A stretch of DNA of 64,000 nucleotides from the human T2T-CHM13v2.0 reference genome, Homo sapiens. Position numbers and translations under genes: made by a program. Of the stretch, positions 14,398 to 26,979 are shown in pieces (within the stretch, counting starts at the first letter, position 1; the number at the start of each line of letters is the position of its first letter). The notes beneath the pieces were generated by a model, which saw only the letters and a list, made by a program, of their open reading frames with translations, was not told the DNA's origin and ran no database searches. Where the stretch lies: assembly GCF_009914755.1 (NCBI RefSeq), contig NC_060935.1. One strand, written 5' to 3'.

Positions 14398-15907
14398 TGA
14401 TATGGTTTTGCTGTGTCCCCACCAAAATCTCATCTTAAATTCCCAAGTATAATGGGAGGGACCCGGTAGGAGGTAATTGAATCATGGAGGCAGGTCTTTC
14501 CCATGCTATTCTTGTGATAGTGAATAATTCTCACGAGATCTGATGGTCATTGTAAGGAGGAGTTTTCCTGCACAAACCCTCTTTGTCTGCTGTTATCCAC
14601 GTAAGACTTCACTTGCTTCTCCTTGCCTTCCACCATTATTGTGAGACTTTCCCAGCCACGTGGAACTGTAAGTCCAATTAAATCTCTTTTTTTGGTAAAT
14701 TGCCTAGTCTCAGGTATGTCTTTAGCAGCAGCATGAAAATGGACGAATACAGTAAATTGGTAACAGTAGAGTGGGGTGCTGCTGAAAAGTTACCTGAAAA
14801 TGTGGAAGCAACTTTGGAACTGGGTAACAGGCAGAGATTGAAACAGTTTGGAGGGCGTAGAAGACAGGAAATGTGGGAAAGTTTGAAACTTCCTAGAGAC
14901 TTGCTGAATGGCTTTGACCAAAAACCTGACAATGATATGGACAATAAAATCCAGCTGAAGTGGTCTCAGATGGAGATGAACTTTTTGGGAGCTGAAGCAA
15001 AGGTGACTCTTGTTATGTTTTAGCAAAGAGATGGTGGCATTTTGCCCCTGCCCTAGAGATTTGTGGAATTCTGGTGGGAGGAATTTCTAAGCAGCAAAGC
15101 ATTCAAGAGCTGACTTGGGTGCTGTCAAAGGCATTCCATTTTATAAGGGAAGCAGAGCATAAATGTTCAGAAAATTTGCAGCATGACAATGTGATAGAAA
15201 AGAAAAATATGTTTTCTGAGGAGAAATTGAAGCCAGCTGCAAAAATTTGCCTAAGTAACGAGGAGCAAAATGTTAATCCCTAAGACAATGGGAAGAATGG
15301 GTCTGGGGCATGTCAGAGGTCTTCATGGAAGCCCCTCCCATCACAGGCCTGGAGGCTTAGGAGAAAATGTTTTCATGTTTCTGGCCCAGAATCCCTGTGC
15401 TGTATGCACTCTAGGGACTTGGTACCCTGTGTCCCAGCCACTCCAGCTGTGATTAAAAGGAGCCAAGGTACAGCTTCGGCTGTTGCTTCAGAGGGTGGAA
15501 GCCCCCAGGCCTTGGCAGCTTCCATGTGGTGTTGACCCTGCAGGTGCACAGAAGTCAAGAATTGAGGTTTGGGCACCTCTGCCTAGTCTTCAGAAGATGT
15601 ATGGGAACCCCTGGATGCCCAGGCAGAAGTTTGCTGCAGGAGTGAGGCCCTCATGGAGACCCTCTGCTAGGGCAGTGCAGAAGGAAAATGTGGGGACAGA
15701 GCCCCCACACAGAGTCCCTACTGGGGTACCACCTAGTGGAGCTATGAGAAGAGGACTACTGTCCTCCAGACCCCAGAAAGGTAGATCCACTGACAGCTTG
15801 CCCTTGCACCTGGAAAAGCCACCAGCACTCAATGCCAACCCATGAAAGCAGCCAGGAGGGAGGCTGTACCCTGCAAAGCCACAGTGGTAGAGCTGCCCAA
15901 GACCATG
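14398..15907 (+). mobile_element. THE1 (MaLR) 5' LTR (14398-14751) plus truncated internal region
   Basis: tgatatggttttgctgtgtcccc...gaataca, then gtaaattggta...; breaks off after gagctgcccaagaccatg. Confidence 0.93.
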
Positions 15908-16201
15908 ATACTTTGACATTTCTAGCTTCTTCTATTTGATATTCAACTCCACTTACTTTTCTTTAAGATGTTTATCATGTGTTTGATTTAATATTTCCTG
16001 GTTATTTTGTCTCTCTGTAAATTTATTTTTGTGAGTCAATGTGTTATGTACTACAACTTCAAGGGCTGCTGCTGCTGTTATTGCTCAAGCAATACTGACT
16101 ACTGGGGCAGTAGTCAGCAAAGGGCATGGCCTCCAGGAAACCATAAGCAAAAAATGTATAAAGTGGTAGGAAAAGATTGAGAGGAGGAACTGGGAACACA
16201 C

Positions 16202-16273
16202 AGGCTATGGATTCAGCTCTTATTAACTTTTTTTGCAGTTCTCTTTCTACCATATCATAATCATTCCCCAGCT
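16202..16273 (-). pseudogene. Candidate pseudo-exon (72 nt)
   Basis: cttgttttag| then LGNDYDMVERELQKKLIRAESIA, open; weak donor gtgtgt. Confidence 0.35.
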
Positions 16274-16584
16274 CTAAAACAAGCCCCACTGCACTTGTTT
16301 TTGTATACCAAATGGGAACAGATAGACATAGTTATTATATTTGGTAATAAAATTTTGGGGATAAGTAAGATATATGGCATTGTTTTAGAAAAGTTAAAAA
16401 TGTAATATAACTGTTATGATTGTTCTAAACAGCATTTTTGTTACAGAATAATGGTTGAAATTGGAATCCTTGTAATCAGTTGATGCAAATTTGGGTATTA
16501 TCTTGTTGCAGTGATGCAAATACTTATGTAATAAACATAAGCATAAGAAACTATTACAAAGAGGAAGGGTCATTCGTTCCACAC

Positions 16585-16790
16585 CTAAGAGACCTGGGTT
16601 TAAATTAGTTTGTTTCTCAGAACATATATAACCTTCAACAAATTTTTAAGTCTCTTTAATATTCAGTTCCTCATTTAGTAAAAGGAGACATTAATAGATA
16701 TCTCTTAGCATTATATTTAAGATTAAATTAATTGATGCTTAATCCAATGCTTGGCATATTGTGAATGCTCAAAATGGTAGTGGCATTAGA
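16585..16790 (+). mobile_element. MIR
   Basis: agacctgggtttaaat...cagttcctcatttagtaaaagg. Confidence 0.65.
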
Positions 16791-16852
16791 ATTCAAATGA
16801 TGGGATTTTATTCATTGGTGTTTCAGGTAAGGGGAATGAAAAATAATGTAGT

Positions 16853-17187
16853 TGATATGATTTGGCTGTGTTCCCACCAAAATCTTATCTTGAATTCCTA
16901 TGGGAAGGACATGATGGGAAGTAATTGAGTCATGGGGGCAGGTCTTTCCCGTGCTGTTCTCATGATAGTGAATAAGTCTCAGGAGATCTGATGGTTTCAT
17001 AAGGGGAATTTTTCTTGCACAAGCTCTTCTCTTGTCTGTCACCACGTGAGATGTGCTTTTCACCTTCCACCATGATTGTGGGGCCTCCCCAGCCACATTG
17101 AAATGTAAGTCCATTAAACCTCTTTCTTTTGTAAATTGTCCAGTCTTGGGTATGTCTTTATGAGCAGGTTGAAAATGGTCTAATATA
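16853..17187 (+). mobile_element. THE1 solo LTR
   Basis: tgatatgatttggctgtgttcccacc...ctaatata. Confidence 0.92.
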
Positions 17188-17472
17188 TTGGGTTTCTTTT
17201 ATTTCTATGGGTGCATGAGTATATTGAATCTCAGAGTCATGAATTCTATCAGTGAAAGAACCCCAAGAGATCACCTAGCCCAATCTACATTTAGGAACAG
17301 AAGGTATTATTATTTCCGGTTCCTATATAAAGCAACTGAAGCCTGAAAGACAGTGAAACTTGGTCACATAATTGTAGATACAAAGAAGAAGACTTAATCC
17401 CAAGTCACCTGTTTTTTACCATAATTTTTTTCTACTTCTTGATGTCATTTTTATTAGATAATGAAGTGTTAC

Positions 17473-17733
17473 TTTGGTGATGAGAAATATTGGATTAAAA
17501 GTTGCAAGGCTACTGAAATGGGTTGTAAAATAGATGCAAGCTTTCTAATGCAGCAGTCAAATATACTTCTTCCTGTAAATTTTGTTCTTCAAATAGGAGT
17601 CAGAGAGGTGCCATTTGGTGATGCTGTTCTAGCATTTTTAATTGTTGTAGATTTCAGCTAATGACTCTTTGATTACTTAATAAGAGCCCTCTAAGTAGTT
17701 TCAAATATCATTGTACCAATTCCTCTCCCCTCA
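17473..17733 (-). pseudogene. Candidate pseudo-exon (261 nt)
   Basis: gtttccttag| ... AAA|gtaaca; length 3n; phase 1-1 like its neighbours; five stops. Confidence 0.3.
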
Positions 17734-17915
17734 CTAAGGAAACTTAAAGAACTGTCAACATAGTATCAAAGATCATGACTTTTATTCATTTTACATTAAA
17801 ACCAAGTTTTTAACTATTAATTGGTTTTAAACATTGGCAATTTTATGTGTAGTAGGATTACTAATTATTTTCCAGCTTAAATTCTAGTTTGGACAACACC
17901 CTCTGTCTCACTTAC

Positions 17916-17966
17916 CTGAACTTCCATGATGACTTGAGGAAAATAACTTTATGCTGTTGCAATGAA
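17916..17966 (-). pseudogene. Candidate pseudo-exon (51 nt)
   Basis: ctattttaacag| ... CAG|gtaagt, consensus sites; length 3n; open in two frames. Confidence 0.5.
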
Positions 17967-18504
17967 CTGTTAAAATAGCCCCCATCATTTGACTTCAGTG
18001 AAAGAATAAGTGAATTAATTACTATATTTACTTTGAGATTTGTAAAGTTGACTAGGATTGTTTCCTGAAAGTTTTCTTCCACAAGATGATAATATTAATT
18101 GTAATTGCATACTATTTCACTAACTTGCAAGGGCCTTTACATGTTGTTAGTAGACTGCATATTGATACTAAACTTAGACAATAATAGAGCCACTGGACTG
18201 GTTCAGTGAATAAGAATGTTTTGAATATTATTAAGATTTTATTATTTAGGATTGCCTTTGTGTGGCAAGCCAATAGCACAAAATGTTAAGGAACATTTTC
18301 TTGGCATGAAATCATGTTTAAAAATATTTCTTAATTTCTTAGTGGTCATTAAAATCCTTTCCTTCTACTTGATGCAGAATGAATAAATTTAGTTACTTTC
18401 TTTGTTTGAAGTATCTCCTTTTCAACTATATAACCATCTTACCACTTTCACTTTCTTGGAAAGGTTTCAGCATAATAAAACATTTTTTGATTATTATTAC
18501 TTAC

Positions 18505-18639
18505 TGCTGACTTATCTTTGGACTCTCTGATATAATTACTCTACATATATGCTTGGTTGATGATCTAAGTTATGTCTGGGAGGCTATGGCATTCAAAAGT
18601 GACATCTGCCCCATTGCCATCCCTTTTATCAATAAGTCA
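18505..18639 (-). pseudogene. Candidate pseudo-exon (135 nt)
   Basis: gtaattttag| ... GCA|gtaagt; length 3n; one stop in the best frame. Confidence 0.4.
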
Positions 18640-18734
18640 CTAAAATTACACTCAAATATTTCTACAATACACTTCAGATTCAGTTTTGCTCAGGGAATTT
18701 GCCTTTCCATGACAGAAAAAAATGAGTGCAAGTG

Positions 18735-19170
18735 GGGTAGGGAGGGTGGCATCCCTGGTACTAGGACTGTAAAACAGTGGCCATTCTTGTGAATTAGGTG
18801 CAATAACATCTTTCTCCCTGGAGAGTTTGTGGTGGCAATGGCTGTGGGTTACTTTGGGGTCACAAGCTGCTCCTGTCCTATGTGGAGTAGGCCACTAGGG
18901 ACTGCAGTGGCACTCATGTCATGGCTGATAATGATAGCCCCCACTCTTCTTTGTTCCTAGCTGTCTCTGGATATCTCAGATATGCTGATCTCTCTAGTGA
19001 TCCTTTCTGTGTAGTTATTCATTTTTCCTCCACTCTGTTGCTGCAGGTTTTTAATTGAAATCTTTGAGCTCCTTCTCCCCAAGGCTATTCTTGTGAATGG
19101 ACAGCTGTCTCCTTGTTGATCAAGGGGGATGAAGGCTGATATCTCCTAATCCATCATCTTGCTGACCTCC
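18735..19170 (-). mobile_element. Old L1M 5'-end fragment
   Basis: Ends ccatcatcttgctgacc, typical of antisense L1M 5' UTR. Confidence 0.5.
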
Positions 19171-19415
19171 ATATCAGCTTTGGAAGATAGGAGTCGTGTC
19201 AGTTATTTTTCTGCTAACAACACCAATTAGAGTGCCTAATCTATAGGCCATCAGTTTTGTGGGAGAATGAGCTGTGATATAAGAGAACATGACTTCTGTT
19301 CAGCAGAGTTTTTTAAAAGCCAACAGTCTTAAATTCATTTATTCAATTACTTACATTCTTAAGCATTTTTCACGATGCTGATTCTGACTATAAACTTGTC
19401 AGTTCCTTCACATAC

Positions 19416-19720
19416 GTTTACTTTACTGTCATGATTTTCTATTCTCCCCCAACTGGTATTAACAATGAGCATTTTAGAAATGGGGAGGTAGTAAGTTCAT
19501 AAATATTATTGCCTTTAAAAATTAAAACGTCTGAAGATAATGCTCCCTTTGTTAGTTTTGGGGGTAAAAGGAGATCTCCTGAAAGTGGTGTCAGGTAGAA
19601 GTTTTCGTTTAACGTTACTTGGCAAACTGGAGTAGACATTTGGAAGTGTTCTTATTAAATGTATTCAGTTATGCCAGAGTGGTAGTGGCAGCCTCATTAT
19701 CCCAAGCTGATCCTTGTATA
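19416..19720 (-). pseudogene. Pseudo-exon (low-complexity region)
   Basis: Donor AAC|gtatgt. Two overlapping long open stretches. LPLPLWHN*IHLIRT..KLLPDTTF weakly matches YPAPAGNTHLYLLST..RLIPHAKTF. Confidence 0.5.
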
Positions 19721-19797
19721 TAGCGGTGATCTCAAGCCAACTTTTACCATTTCATGAGCCAACTCTTAAGTTTTTAAGAATTTTTCAAACTGATTTT
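19721..19797 (+). mobile_element. MER63-like hAT fragment
   Basis: gagccaactcttaagtttttaagaattttt resembles the MER63 5' end. Confidence 0.5.
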
Positions 19798-20403
19798 TTA
19801 AACTTCTAGTTTAGATTTGAGGGTGCATTTGAAGGTTTGTTATGTAGGTAAACTCAAGACACAGGGATTCATGGTACAGATTATTTTATCACCCAAGTAT
19901 TAAGTCCAGTGTCCAATAGTCATCTCTTCTGCTCCTCTCCCTCCTCGCATCCTCCATTCTCAAATAGACCCCAGTATCTGTTGTTTACTTCTCTGTGTTC
20001 ATAAGTTCTTATAATTTAACTCCCACTTACAAGTGAGAACATGGGGTATTTGATTTTCTGTTCCTGCATTAGTTTGCAGGAGCAGATAATAGCCTTCAAC
20101 TGCATCTGTGTTTCCGCAGAATACATGATCTCATTCTTTTTTTAATGGCTGCATAGTATTCCATGGTGTATATGTAGCACATTTTATTCATCCAATCTGT
20201 CACTGATGGGCATTTAGTTTGATTCTATGTCTTTGCTATTGTGGATAGTGCTGCAGTGAATATTCACATGCATTTGTATTTATGGCAGAATGATTTATAT
20301 TCTTCTGTGTATATCCCAGTAATGGGATTGCTGGGTCGAATGATAGTTCTGCTGTTAGCTCTTTGAGGAATCGCCATACTGCTTTCCACACTGGTTGAAC
20401 TAA

Positions 20404-20798
<395 letters not shown>

Positions 20799-23283
20799 CA
20801 TTTTTTTTTTTTTTTTTTTTTGCTTTTTAACAATAGTCATTCTGCCTGATATGAAATGATATCTCACTGTGGTTTTGATTGCATTTCTCTAATGGTCAGT
20901 TTTATTGAACTTTTTTACATTTGTTGGCTGCATGTATGTCTTCTTTTGAAAAGTGCCTCTTCTTGTCCTTTGCCACTTTTTTGATCAAGTTGTTTGCTTC
21001 TCTCTTTTAAATATGTCTAAGTTCCTTATAGATGCTGAATATTAGACCTTTGTCAGATGCATAGTTTGCAAATATTTTATCCACTCTGTAAGCTGTCTGT
21101 TGACTATGTTGATAGTTTCTTTTGCTGTGCATAATGTTCTTAAGTGTAATTGGATCCTACTTGTCAATTTTTGCTTTTTGCTTTTGGTGTCTTTGTCATG
21201 AAATCTTTGTCTATTACTATGTTTGATATGGTATTGCATAGGTTGTCTTTTAGGGTTTTTATAGTTTTGGGTTTCACACTTAATTATTTAATGCATCTTG
21301 AGTTGATCTTTGTATATGGTGTAATGCAAAGGTCCAGCTTGAATCTTCTGCATATGGCTAGACAATTATCCCAGCACCATTTATTGAATAGGAAATCTTA
21401 TTTCCACTGCTTGTTTTTGTCATTTTTTTTTGAAGATCAGATGGTCGTAAGTGGGCAGCCTTATTTCTTGGCTCTCTATTCTTTTCATTGGTTTATGTGC
21501 CTGTTTTTGTACCAGTACTATGCTGTTCTGGTTACGGTAGCCCTGTAGTATAGTTTGAAGCTGGATGACATGATACCTTCAGCTTTGTTTGGTTTGCTTT
21601 AAGATTGCCTTGGCTATTAGGGACCTTTTTTGGTTCCACGTGAATTTTAAAATAATTTTTCTTATTCTGGGCAGAATGTTATTGGTAGTTTGATAGGTAT
21701 ATCATTGAATCTGTAAATTGCTTTGAAACTATAGCCATTTTAATGATATTGGTTATTTCTATCCATGAACATGAGATGTTTTAACATTTGTTTGTGTCTT
21801 TTCTCATTACGCTGAGCAGTGTTTTGTAATTCTCACTGTAGAGATCTTTAACCTCCCTGGTTAGCTGTATTCCTAGGTATTTTGTTCATTTTGTGGCAAT
21901 TGTGAATGGAATTACCTTTCTGGTTTGGCTCTCAATTTGGTTGTTGTTGGTGTATAGGAATGCTAGTGATATTTGTAAATTGATTTTGTATCCTGAAAGT
22001 TTGCTAAAGTTGTTTACCAGCTGAAGGAGCTTTTGGGCTGAGACCGTGGAGTTTTCTAGATATAGAATTGGGTTGCCTGCAGACAGGGATAGTTTCACTT
22101 CCTCTCTTCTTATTTGAATTCCCTTTATTTCTTTCTCTTGCCTGATTGCTCTGGCTAGGGCTTCCAATACTATGTTGAATAGAAGTGGTGAGAGACGGCA
22201 TCTTTGTCTTGTGCCAGTTCTCAAGGGGAATGCTTCAGTATTTGCCCACTCAGCATAATGTGGGCTGTGGGTTTGTCAGAGATGGCTCTTGTTATTTTGA
22301 GGTATGTTCTTTCAATACCTAGTTTATTGAGTTTTTAACATGAAGTAAGGGTGTTGAATTGCATTGAAAGCCTTTTCTGTGTCTATGAGATAATCATGTG
22401 GTTTTTGCTTTAGTTCTGTTTATGTGATAAATCACATTTATTGATTTGTGCATGTTGAACCAACCTTGTATCCCAGAGATGAAGCCTAATTGACCATGGT
22501 GGATTAGCTTTTTGGTGTGATACTGGATTCAGTTTTTCAGTATTTTTTTGAGGATTTTTGTGTTGATGTTCATCAAGGATGACCTGAAGTTTTTTTTGTT
22601 GTTGTGTTTCTGCAAGGTTTTGGCATCAAGATGATGCTGGCCTCACAGAATGAGTCGGGGAGGAGTCCCTTCTCCTCAATTTTTTTTTTTTTTTTTGTAA
22701 TGGTTTCTGTAGGAATGGTACTAGTTCCTCTTTGCACATCTGGTAGAATTTGGCTGTGAATCCATTAAGTCCTCAGTTTTTGGATGGGAGGAGTTGTAGG
22801 CTGTTTCCTGACTGATTAAATTTTAGAGCTCATTATTGGTTTGTTCAGGGAATCAATTTCTTACTGACTCAGTAAGAAGATAATCATGTGGTTTTTACTT
22901 TAGTTCTGTTTATGTGATAAATCATATTTATTGATTGGGAGTATGTATGTATTCAGGAATTTGTCTCTCTTCTAGATTTTCTAGTTCTTGTCCATAGAGG
23001 TATTCAGAGTAGTTTCTGATGTTTGTTTTTATTTTGGTGGGGTCAATAGCAACATTCCTTTCATCATATCTAATTGTGTTTATTGGGATCTCCTCTCTTT
23101 TCTTCTTTATTAGTCTAGCTAGTGGCCTAGCTATCTTACTAATGCTTTCAAAAAACCAACTCCTGGAATTGTTGATCTTTTGAATCTTTTTTCATGTCCC
23201 AATTTCCTTCAGTTCAGCTCTGATTCTGGTTATTTCTTTTCTTCTGCTAGCCCTGGGGTTGATTTGTTCTTGCTTCTCTAATT

Positions 23284-23409
23284 TTTTTTTTTTTTTTTTT
23301 AAGAACACCAGGTTCTATTTAGTATCAGGCATCTGTTTTTCTTTGCTATAACTGCTAATAAAAACATTTTCATTTTCTGACTTAATAATCTGTGTTTATG
23401 AAAATAGAT
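23284..23409 (-). mobile_element. Orphan polyadenylated retro-insert with 14-bp TSD
   Basis: TSD ttgcttctctaatt at 23270-23283 and 23410-23423; T19 tail; ~110 nt non-L1 body. Confidence 0.8.
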
Positions 23410-23907
23410 TTGCTTCTCTAATTCTTTTAGTTGTGATGTTAGGTTGTTAATTTGAGATTGTTATAACTTTTTGAAGTGGGCAATTAGTGCTATGAATTTA
23501 CCTCTTAACACTGCCTTGACTGTGTCCCATGGATTCTGGTATGGTGTATCTTTTTTCTCATTATTTTCAAAGAATTTCTTGATTTCTGCCTTAACTTCAT
23601 TATTTAACCAAAAGTCATTCAGGAGCATGTTGTTTAATTTCATGCAATTGCGTTATTTTGAGTGATGATCATAGTCTTGGCTTCTATTTTTATTGAGCTG
23701 TGGTCTGAGAATGTATTTGGTATGATTTTTATTCTTTTGCATTTATTGAGAATAGTTTTATGTCCAGTTATGTGGTTGATTTTAGAGTATGTGCCACGTG
23801 GCCATGAGAAGAATGTATACTCTATTGTTTTAGGGTGGAGAGTTTTGTAAAGGTCTGTCAGATCCATTTGGTTCAATGTTGAGTTTAGGTCCTGAATATC
23901 TCTGTTA

Positions 23908-24562
23908 GAAGTACAATCATCAATTTTGCTAGAGAATAAACTTCATGGTGTTCTTGGTGTACTTCTAGGATTCCTTAGCTTTGAGATTACACTGCTTGCT
24001 GTTTCAAACATTTTGTAAACACTTTTTTTGTATTAAAACTCATGCTGCTTAAAATGTTGCCTACTTCTGGCACTAAGCCTATACTAATACTGCTTCCTTA
24101 ATTTTCACTTTGTTCTTCTTGTTTCTTTATTTGCTTTAGGGTCCTCTTGTTGTCTTCTCATATCTGTTCTGATAGGAATGAAGTATGCTGAAAGGCAAAA
24201 TTTATGCAACTTGGTATCTTCAAAGAACAATGTCAGTCTTACTGGTTGTGCCATGTATCCTGAGATATAAAATTTCTAGACAAGATGGCCTCAGAATTGT
24301 GCCCACTTCTTCCTCCACTAATGGTGTAAGGGCATGGTGCTATAAAGTGTAGAATTGCAAGGCAACTGTGGAGGTGATCCTGTATTATTTTTAAATTAGA
24401 TTTCTTTGGTGAAAATTTCTCCCTTATTTTTTGTTTTGTAAGAGGCTTAGATTGAGACACTGCTTGAATCCAGTGAGGTGGTAGAAGTGTTTGTGATTTT
24501 AAAAAATCTCCTAACATTCTTAGTGTCAAATGTTCTTTGTTCTTTTTTAAAAGAGATACAAT
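23908..24562 (-). pseudogene. Large pseudo-exon abutting L1
   Basis: ggtttag|, then 107 open codons (IVSLLKKNKEHLTLRM...). The same frame continues with stops to HEVYSLAKL (vs DEMFKLVQL) at the L1 junction. Alternative donor CCA|gtaaga at 24243. Confidence 0.62.
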
Positions 24563-25109
24563 CTAAACCTATACTATGTCCTCTCTACAAAGAGCTACAA
24601 GCTAAAAATTAGAATAATGAGCTCTGATAATAGTTATATTCTGGTTACTGACTATTTCTATTTGACAGAAAGAAATGCTTTAGAAATAGCATTTTATCTT
24701 AATGAAAAGCTTTAAAATATGGTCTGCCTATATCTCTCACTTTTTAAGTGGAGTTGACTAAACATAATTTACATTTTTAGAACAACTTATTTATGAACAG
24801 ATGGCCATTAGAATTGTGATGTGCTTAATTATTATAATCATAGTTATTATGAGACTTGGACCTGAATAAATATGAATTGCAACAAGAAACCTGGAAATTG
24901 AATTCTTGAAAAAAGTGCCTATTTTATTATTTTGTGGAAAATTAGTTATTTGATAAAATCTAAAAATTTAATAAATGTTAATCAAGTTCAAGCTTTGTTA
25001 ATATATCCTACTAATAATATTCATGTTATTTTTAAATGTTAATTGTACCTAGTAGAGAAATCACTTCCTTGTGATGTATTATAAATGCTTATGATTACTA
25101 AGGGACAAG

Positions 25110-26620
25110 TTAGACAAATATTTATCAAGCCCTTATGATGTGCCAGACATTATTTTAGTCTCTTGCTGTCCAAAGGTGAGGGAATAGACTCAGTTTTTGT
25201 TCTTATGGAAGTTAACTCTAACACAGAAGACAGATAATATCCAAATAAATGGAGAGACATATGCTGTCTCAAGATGTGCAATATAAAAATAGTTAAGTAT
25301 ATGAAGATGGAATGTGACAAGATATACTCTTTATATGAAGGGACTAACAAATATTTCCTTACAAAATATTATTTGAGGTTATTTGCTATGCAGATATGTA
25401 AGTCAAAACTTTTCCAGGTAGACAGCTTTGGAAATGGAGTTTGCTGGTATGCATGAGAAACAGCAAAAGACCATTGAGGGTAGAGCAAATGAACAAGGAA
25501 GACAGAAGATAAGATCAGATGGTGGCTGGGGGACTAGATCATGGTAGCACCTATAGCACAAGAAAACGATAACTATGACAGACAAAGCACCTAAGGATTT
25601 CACGTATTTTGACCCAATTAATCCTCACAATAGCATTATGAATTTGGTGCTTTAATTACTTTCATTTTACACATGTGAAAATTGAGATGTAGAAGAGTTA
25701 AGTAACTTAGCCAAGGTCATAGGGTCAAGAAAGGGTACAACCAGGATGTAGACTCTTAAGTTAACTCCAGTAACTATTCTTTTAAGCATTGAATTTGCCA
25801 TGAGTAGTATCAAATGTGTCACAGTCTTTTGATCTGAAAAGTAATGGATCTGACTTCTTTTTATGGGGATCATTTCATTATGGTTTCTGGGTGGAGAATA
25901 GACTCCAAAGAGGCAAAGAAGCTAACAGTGTAATTTAGGAGGTTATTACAATACAATTCTCCAGGATACAGATGAAAGGGCCTTGTCTAGGACAGCACTG
26001 ATGAAGGTGGGCAGAAGTAGCATGAGTATGGATATAGTCTACAGGCAGTCATCAATTGTGAGAGACAAGTAAGAACTAATCAGGCAAAGAAGCGTACAAA
26101 GAATCGTCTAAGTAGAAGATACTATTAAAGCATATATTAACTGTAATCCATATTTGCTTTGTAATAATTAATCTTGATGTTTTAATCAAATAGCAAATGC
26201 TTATTTACCACCTTTTATGTCTGGCCTCGAACTGTAGTGAAGGAGAAAACCAAAGTTTGCCTTCATGGAGATTGCATTCCAGGGGACAATAAAAATAAAC
26301 ACTCACACTACAATAGTGCTATTCTATGCGGGAAATGAAGTAGAAAAAACAGGCCAAGGTCATTTTTTGCTAGGATGATAAATAAAGGAAACATGCTCTG
26401 AGGAGTGGATGTTTGAGGTAAGACCTGAAAAATGAAACTAAGCCAAACCATCATAGAACTGAATGAGGAACACTCAGGCAGAGAACATAGCGATTGCAAA
26501 GATACCAACAGGTATGTGTTCAGGGAATATAGCTGGAGTGCAGTGTAAGGTTTGTGAGTAGTTATGGTTTCTTCTAAGTGCAAATAAAAGCCATTCAATA
26601 TTTTTAATCAGGTTTGTGGT
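25110..26620 (-). mobile_element. L2 fragments with an intervening MIR (~25590-25780)
   Basis: caaatatttatcaagccc...tgtgccagacat; MIR core gagttaagtaacttagccaaggtca. Confidence 0.65.
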
Positions 26621-26750
26621 ACTTTTTGAAAGCAAAAGCATGGCTAGCTTCTTTCCTTTTCTCAACCTGTGCCTACACCCATTGTGATAAAGGCTATGAT
26701 TCAGAAAGCAACTTGTAGTAGTGGGTTGAGGTTCTCCGGGCTCCACTCAC

Positions 26751-26806
26751 CTCATTCTCGTTGGACTTCTGAATTATGTATGGCCACGGATTTCCTCTAT
26801 ATTGAA
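26751..26806 (-). pseudogene. CPLANE1-like pseudo-exon (56 nt, open)
   Basis: gttatatag| ... GAG|gtgagt. Splices in frame to 24562: WPYIIQKSNENE|IVSLL vs SPVIRVKTSTAAILTSL. Confidence 0.7.
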
Positions 26807-26979
26807 CTATATAACTTACATTAAAATCACTTTATATAACTTAAATAAAATTAATTGTCTTAGTCCTATATCCTGATTCTTAAATGAATTATTCTTTTAG
26901 CCACATGTCACACATAGGATTCTTAAGACATTTTATTTTATTAGGGATATGATATATGTAAATATAAAGTTATTAATTT

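Noticed and set aside
14700-15919. Several 78-120 aa ORFs
   Set aside because: THE1 internal sequence.
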